A DNA stretch of 64,000 nt from Anaerocolumna sp. GTDB lineage: Bacteria; Bacillota; Clostridia; Lachnospirales; Lachnospiraceae. Every line of letters starts with the position of its first letter. Position 1 is the first letter of the stretch. The notes beneath the pieces are model-generated. The model was not told where the DNA came from. It ran no database searches and saw nothing but the letters and a program-made list of their open reading frames with translations. The position numbers and the translations under genes are program-made. The stretch lies in assembly GCA_047972335.1 (NCBI GenBank), contig JBKEAO010000052.1, positions 18,935-82,934 of the forward strand, in the 5' to 3' direction. Shown here in pieces: positions 59,629-64,000 of the stretch.

Positions 59629-61044
59629 ATGAAATTACCGGATTTATTTGAAAATAGAATGAAGGAACTATTAAAGGATGAGTATAGTGACTACTTAAAG
59701 TGTTTTGAGGAAAAGCACTTTAGTGGACTTAGAGTGAACACATTAAAAATCACACCAGAGGAATTTGAAAAAATCTGTCCATTTGAAATAAAGAGAATTC
59801 CCTGGATTGAAAATGGTTATTATTATGATGCAAAAGAGGAGCAGCCAGCTAGACATCCATATTATTATGCGGGTTTATACTATATTCAAGAACCAAGTGC
59901 TATGACACCTGCCAATTTATTACCCATCTCCCCTGGCGATAAGGTGCTGGATTTGTGCGCTGCCCCTGGTGGAAAAAGCACAGAATTAGCAGCCAAGTTA
60001 AAGGGAGAGGGTGTTTTAGTTGCAAATGATATTAGTAATTCTAGAGCGAAGGCACTTCTTAAAAACATAGAACTCTTTGGCGTTAAAAATGCTGTAGTTA
60101 TCAGTGAAGCACCGAGTAAACTAGTGAATTATTTTGAAGGATACTTTGATAAAATATTAGTAGATGCACCTTGTTCTGGAGAAGGCATGTTTCGTAAAAG
60201 TCCTGCCATTATGAAAAATTGGGAGCAATATGGTGTGGAATATTACAATAAACTTCAAAAAGAGATTATTTTACAGGCGGCTAAGATGTTAAAACCAGGT
60301 GGAAAGATGCTTTACTCTACTTGTACCTTCTCTAAGGAAGAAAATGAGGGGACCATTGCCTATCTATTAGAGGAATGTAAGGATTTTAAAATACTTGATC
60401 CTTTACAAATAAAGAGGGAAAGCCATACAGACTCCATATCCTATGAAGGCTTTGATTTTGGCAGACCAGAACTTGCGGGTGGGCTAGAAGATGTCAAGAA
60501 GAGTATTAGGCTTTGGCCACATAGAATAAAAGGAGAAGGTCATTACATCTGTCTATTAGAACGAGAGGCATCTTCTGAAAAAAATAGTGTGATAAGACAA
60601 ATGCATCCTTTTGAACACAATGTCAAAAAGAAACTGTCTGCTGAGACAATATCCTTTTTAGATTCCTTAAGTCTAAATATAGATTACAATAGAGTTGAAT
60701 TAAGAGAGGACAGGCTATTTCTACTGCCAGAAGATATTCCGAGTCTAAAAGGTCTTCGTATTATGCGTCCAGGACTACTACTTGGGGAAATGAAGAAGAA
60801 CCGTTTTGAACCTAGCCAAGCCCTAGCTTGTGCATTAGATTTTAAAGATTATAAAAAGCTTTTAAATTATAAGCAAGACAATATAGATGTCATAAAATAT
60901 TTAAAATGTGAAACTGTTCAGGCAAATAGCGAATGTTCAGATGGATATCATCTGGTATGCGTGGATTCCCATCCTCTTGGTTGGGGCAAATTAACAGGAA
61001 GTACTTTAAAGAATAAATATCTCCCTGGCTGGAGATGGATGTAG
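59629..61044 (+). CDS. RsmF/NOL1-NOP2-Sun family rRNA m5C methyltransferase
   Basis: YYIQEPSAM, LDLCAAPGGKS, DAPCSGEGMFRK, YSTCTF. Confidence 0.93.
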   Translation: MKLPDLFENRMKELLKDEYSDYLKCFEEKHFSGLRVNTLKITPEEFEKICPFEIKRIPWIENGYYYDAKEEQPARHPYYYAGLYYIQEPSAMTPANLLPISPGDKVLDLCAAPGGKSTELAAKLKGEGVLVANDISNSRAKALLKNIELFGVKNAVVISEAPSKLVNYFEGYFDKILVDAPCSGEGMFRKSPAIMKNWEQYGVEYYNKLQKEIILQAAKMLKPGGKMLYSTCTFSKEENEGTIAYLLEECKDFKILDPLQIKRESHTDSISYEGFDFGRPELAGGLEDVKKSIRLWPHRIKGEGHYICLLEREASSEKNSVIRQMHPFEHNVKKKLSAETISFLDSLSLNIDYNRVELREDRLFLLPEDIPSLKGLRIMRPGLLLGEMKKNRFEPSQALACALDFKDYKKLLNYKQDNIDVIKYLKCETVQANSECSDGYHLVCVDSHPLGWGKLTGSTLKNKYLPGWRWM

Positions 61045-61090
61045 AGAAAAAGTTTGTATGAATGTAGAATATAGAAAGGCGTGTCAATCC

Positions 61091-61801
61091 ATGACAACTT
61101 TAATACGGTTAGATAAATATCTTGCTGATTTAGGAGTAGGAACAAGAAGCGAGGTAAAAAATTATATTAGAAAAGGTCGGGTTACAGTAGATGGAGTAAA
61201 GGTAAATAGCCCGGATATAAAAATTGATACCAAAGCTAGTGTAACTTTTGATGGGTTTTTGCTTCAATTTGATCTGTTTGAATATTATATGCTTAATAAA
61301 CCTGCGGGGGTTGTTTCTGCCACTGCAGACAATTTTTGTACAACGGTCATAGATTTGATAGGTGAAGGAAAGAAAAAAGAATTGTTTCCAGTAGGTCGAT
61401 TAGATAAAGATACAGAGGGGTTATTAATTATTACCAATGATGGCGATTTGGCGCATAAACTTTTATCGCCTAAAAAACATGTACCGAAAGTTTATTTTGC
61501 CAGAGTAAAAGGTACCGTAACCAAAGAGGATGAATTGATCTTAAGAGAAGGGGTAGATTTAGGTGATTTTAAGGCCCTGCCTGCAGAACTTACTATTTTA
61601 GAAAGTAATGAGGAATCTTTAGTAGAAATTACGATATTTGAAGGGAAGTTTCATCAAGTAAAGCGAATGTTTGAGGCATTAGGAAAAGAAGTGCTATACT
61701 TAAAGCGATTGTCTATGGGAGAACTAAGATTAGATGAGACCTTAGAAGTATCCCAGTACCGAAAATTAACCAGTGAGGAGCTTGCACTTCTTAAAAAATA
61801 A
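61091..61801 (+). CDS. RsuA family pseudouridine synthase
   Basis: S4 domain (RLDKYLA), GRLDKDTEGLL, EGKFHQVKRM. Confidence 0.92.
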   Translation: MTTLIRLDKYLADLGVGTRSEVKNYIRKGRVTVDGVKVNSPDIKIDTKASVTFDGFLLQFDLFEYYMLNKPAGVVSATADNFCTTVIDLIGEGKKKELFPVGRLDKDTEGLLIITNDGDLAHKLLSPKKHVPKVYFARVKGTVTKEDELILREGVDLGDFKALPAELTILESNEESLVEITIFEGKFHQVKRMFEALGKEVLYLKRLSMGELRLDETLEVSQYRKLTSEELALLKK

Positions 61802-61838
61802 GTGGTTTTGATAACCAGAGTTCTGGAAGGAGAAAGCG

Positions 61839-62495
61839 TTGATAAGTATATTACTTGATAAAAAGGCAGTCATATTTGATTTAGATGGTACCTTAGTTGA
61901 TTCTATGTGGATGTGGAGAGATATTGATATAGAGTTTCTTTTAAAGTTTGGAATTACATTGCCAGAGGATTTGCAAGATATGATTCAGGGAATGAGCTTT
62001 ACAGAGACTGCACTTTATTTTAAAGATAGATTTTCTTTGGAATTATCTATTGAGGAAATCAAAGAAGATTGGAATCAAATGGCCTGGGATAAATATGCAA
62101 CGGTGGTCCCTTTAAAGGAAGGTGTGTTACGCTTTTTAGACTTTTTAAAAGATGCAGGGATGAAACTTGGTATAGCCACAAGTAATTCGAGGGAATTGGT
62201 TGATTTGGTTACAAAAAACCTTGGCATTGATGGCTATTTTGACTCTATACGTACTTCTTGTGAGGTAGAACAAGGGAAACCATCTCCTGATATTTACTTG
62301 TTAGTGGCTAAGGATTTGGGGGTAGAGCCCTCTACCTGCTTGGTGTTTGAAGATGTGATCCACGGTATAATGGCAGGTAAAAGTGCAGGAATGCAGGTAG
62401 CCGCTATATATGATCAAGCCTCAGAACAAGATGGGGACAAGAAGAAGGAACTGGCGGATTATTATTTTAATTCCTTTGAAGAAATATTCGATTAG
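61839..62495 (+). CDS. HAD-superfamily phosphatase
   Basis: IFDLDGTLVDS, IATSN, GKPSPDIY, VFED...GI. Confidence 0.92.
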   Translation: MISILLDKKAVIFDLDGTLVDSMWMWRDIDIEFLLKFGITLPEDLQDMIQGMSFTETALYFKDRFSLELSIEEIKEDWNQMAWDKYATVVPLKEGVLRFLDFLKDAGMKLGIATSNSRELVDLVTKNLGIDGYFDSIRTSCEVEQGKPSPDIYLLVAKDLGVEPSTCLVFEDVIHGIMAGKSAGMQVAAIYDQASEQDGDKKKELADYYFNSFEEIFD

Positions 62496-62512
62496 AAAAG
62501 GTATCCTATCCT

Positions 62513-63493
62513 ATGAAAATGATTGTTGTTGATAAGAATGACGCAGGGCAGCGTTTGGACAAGCTGTTGTTAAAGCATTTAAATAAGGCTCCTAAAAGCT
62601 TTATTTATAAAATGCTTCGTAAAAAAAATATAACTTTAAATGGTAAAAAGGCGGATGGTTCTGAAAAAACCAATATAGAGGATGAAATCAAACTATTTTT
62701 ATCAGAAGAAACCATTGCTAATTTTTCAGAAGAATATAAACTGGTTAAAGTAAAATCCAATATAGAAATCATCTACGAAGATGATAATATTATTATAGTG
62801 AATAAACCAGTCGGCATGTTGTCTCAAAAGGCTGAAAAAGATGATGTTTCTTTAGTAGAACATATTATCTCCTATCTATTGGAGACAAAGAAAATAACAC
62901 AGGAGGAGTTAAACACCTTTAAACCTGGTATATGTAATCGTTTGGACCGCAATACCAGTGGGCTTGTGATCGCTGGTAAAACATTGGAAGGATTACAGGT
63001 GATGTCAGAATTGTTTCGAGATAGGACCATAGACAAATTCTACCTTACCTTAGTAAAGGGCGAGATTTTAGAAAAGAAGAAAATAGATGGTTATCTACAA
63101 AAGGATGAAAGAAGTAATAAAGTATCCATATATAAAGCCTACAAAGAGGGGAGTGATCCCATTAAGACAGAATACACTCCCATAAAGATTACAGAAGGAT
63201 ATACTTTGTTAAAGGTGAAATTAATCACTGGAAAAACCCATCAAATACGTGCTCATTTAAGTAGCATTGGCTATCCTATTATTGGGGATGTGAAATATGG
63301 TAACTTAAAAGAAAATGAGAAATTTAAGAAAAATTTCAAGTTAAATCATCAATTGCTGCATGCCTATGAAGTGGAATTTCCAGAGATGAAGAATTATTTA
63401 AAGAACCTGAATGGCTTAAAACTCCATGCAGAACTCCCGAAAGACTTTGCAAAGATAGTGGATTCTTTGCAGTGGGAAAATATAACTTTATAA
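62513..63493 (+). CDS. RluA/RluC/RluD family pseudouridine synthase
   Basis: S4 domain, NKPVG, NRLDRNTSG, TGKTHQIRAH, IIGDVKYG. Confidence 0.93.
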   Translation: MKMIVVDKNDAGQRLDKLLLKHLNKAPKSFIYKMLRKKNITLNGKKADGSEKTNIEDEIKLFLSEETIANFSEEYKLVKVKSNIEIIYEDDNIIIVNKPVGMLSQKAEKDDVSLVEHIISYLLETKKITQEELNTFKPGICNRLDRNTSGLVIAGKTLEGLQVMSELFRDRTIDKFYLTLVKGEILEKKKIDGYLQKDERSNKVSIYKAYKEGSDPIKTEYTPIKITEGYTLLKVKLITGKTHQIRAHLSSIGYPIIGDVKYGNLKENEKFKKNFKLNHQLLHAYEVEFPEMKNYLKNLNGLKLHAELPKDFAKIVDSLQWENITL

Positions 63494-63566
63494 GCTTACC
63501 AAGACACATAGTGTATTAGCATAGTATATTATGAATTGCTGCGTTGACTTAAGAAAGGACTATTGT

Positions 63567-64000
63567 ATGCCCTCATGGAATTCAAGAGGTCTTAGAGGAT
63601 CTTCTTTAGAAGAATTAATTAATATTACAAACACAAGATACAGAGAAAAAAGACTTGCCCTTATTCAAAAAATTCCTACACCTATTACACCCATCTCCAT
63701 TGACAAAGAAAAGCATCAGATTACTTTGGCCTATTTTGAAGAAAAGAGTACAGTGGATTATATAGGTGCAGTACAGGGTATTCCTGTATGCTTTGATGCA
63801 AAAGAATGTGCTACAGACACTTTTTCCTTGCAAAATATTCATGAACATCAAGTTGAATTCATGAAAGATTTTAAGGAACAAGGGGGAGTAGCATTTCTTT
63901 TAATATACTTTTCTAAACGAAATATTTATTACTATTTAACGCTACATACGTTGTTAATTTTTTGGGAAAGAGCGAAATCTGGAGGAAGAAAAAGCTTTCG
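63567..64000 (+). CDS. recU: Holliday junction resolvase RecU (runs off the window)
   Basis: Translated by hand: MPSWNSRGLRGSSLEELIN.TN..Y....LALIQKIPTPI...AYFEEKSTVDYIG...CFDAKE...IHEHQ. Confidence 0.92.
   Translation, partial: MPSWNSRGLRGSSLEELINITNTRYREKRLALIQKIPTPITPISIDKEKHQITLAYFEEKSTVDYIGAVQGIPVCFDAKECATDTFSLQNIHEHQVEFMKDFKEQGGVAFLLIYFSKRNIYYYLTLHTLLIFWERAKSGGRKSF

Overview
Low-GC, endospore-forming Clostridia chromosome segment (Lachnospiraceae-like; inferred from gene order and protein sequences), almost all on the + strand. No mobile element, CRISPR array or clear pseudogene was seen. Order: spoIIGA(3' end)-sigE-sigG; a ComEC-like MBL lipoprotein convergent with and overlapping ylmC; nrdR, yifB/comM, dprA, topA, codY; a ~35-kb fla/che operon (flgB to sigD, fapA and three poorly characterised tail genes); tRNA-Leu(CAA) on the - strand; an orphan zf-HC2 anti-sigma-like gene; polA-coaE; an FtsA-like ATPase with beta-grasp-like repeats; walJ-like MBL, ACT+DUF711, pepD, CapA-family, M23 peptidase, small alarmone synthetase, rRNA-modification genes; recU (cut off by the window edge). 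Best leads: (1) a TIGR02530 protein with a RelE/DUF4258-like motif directly upstream of a structured, GC-enriched flgE leader, a candidate protein+RNA switch for hook synthesis; (2) an NLQFFA Prp-protease-type motif at the FlhB N-terminus; (3) FlgD fused to an X2-like module and a (DGT)6 tail; (4) the FtsA-like/beta-grasp fusion; (5) Na+-type stator signatures. All family calls are from reading motifs by eye; no searches were run.
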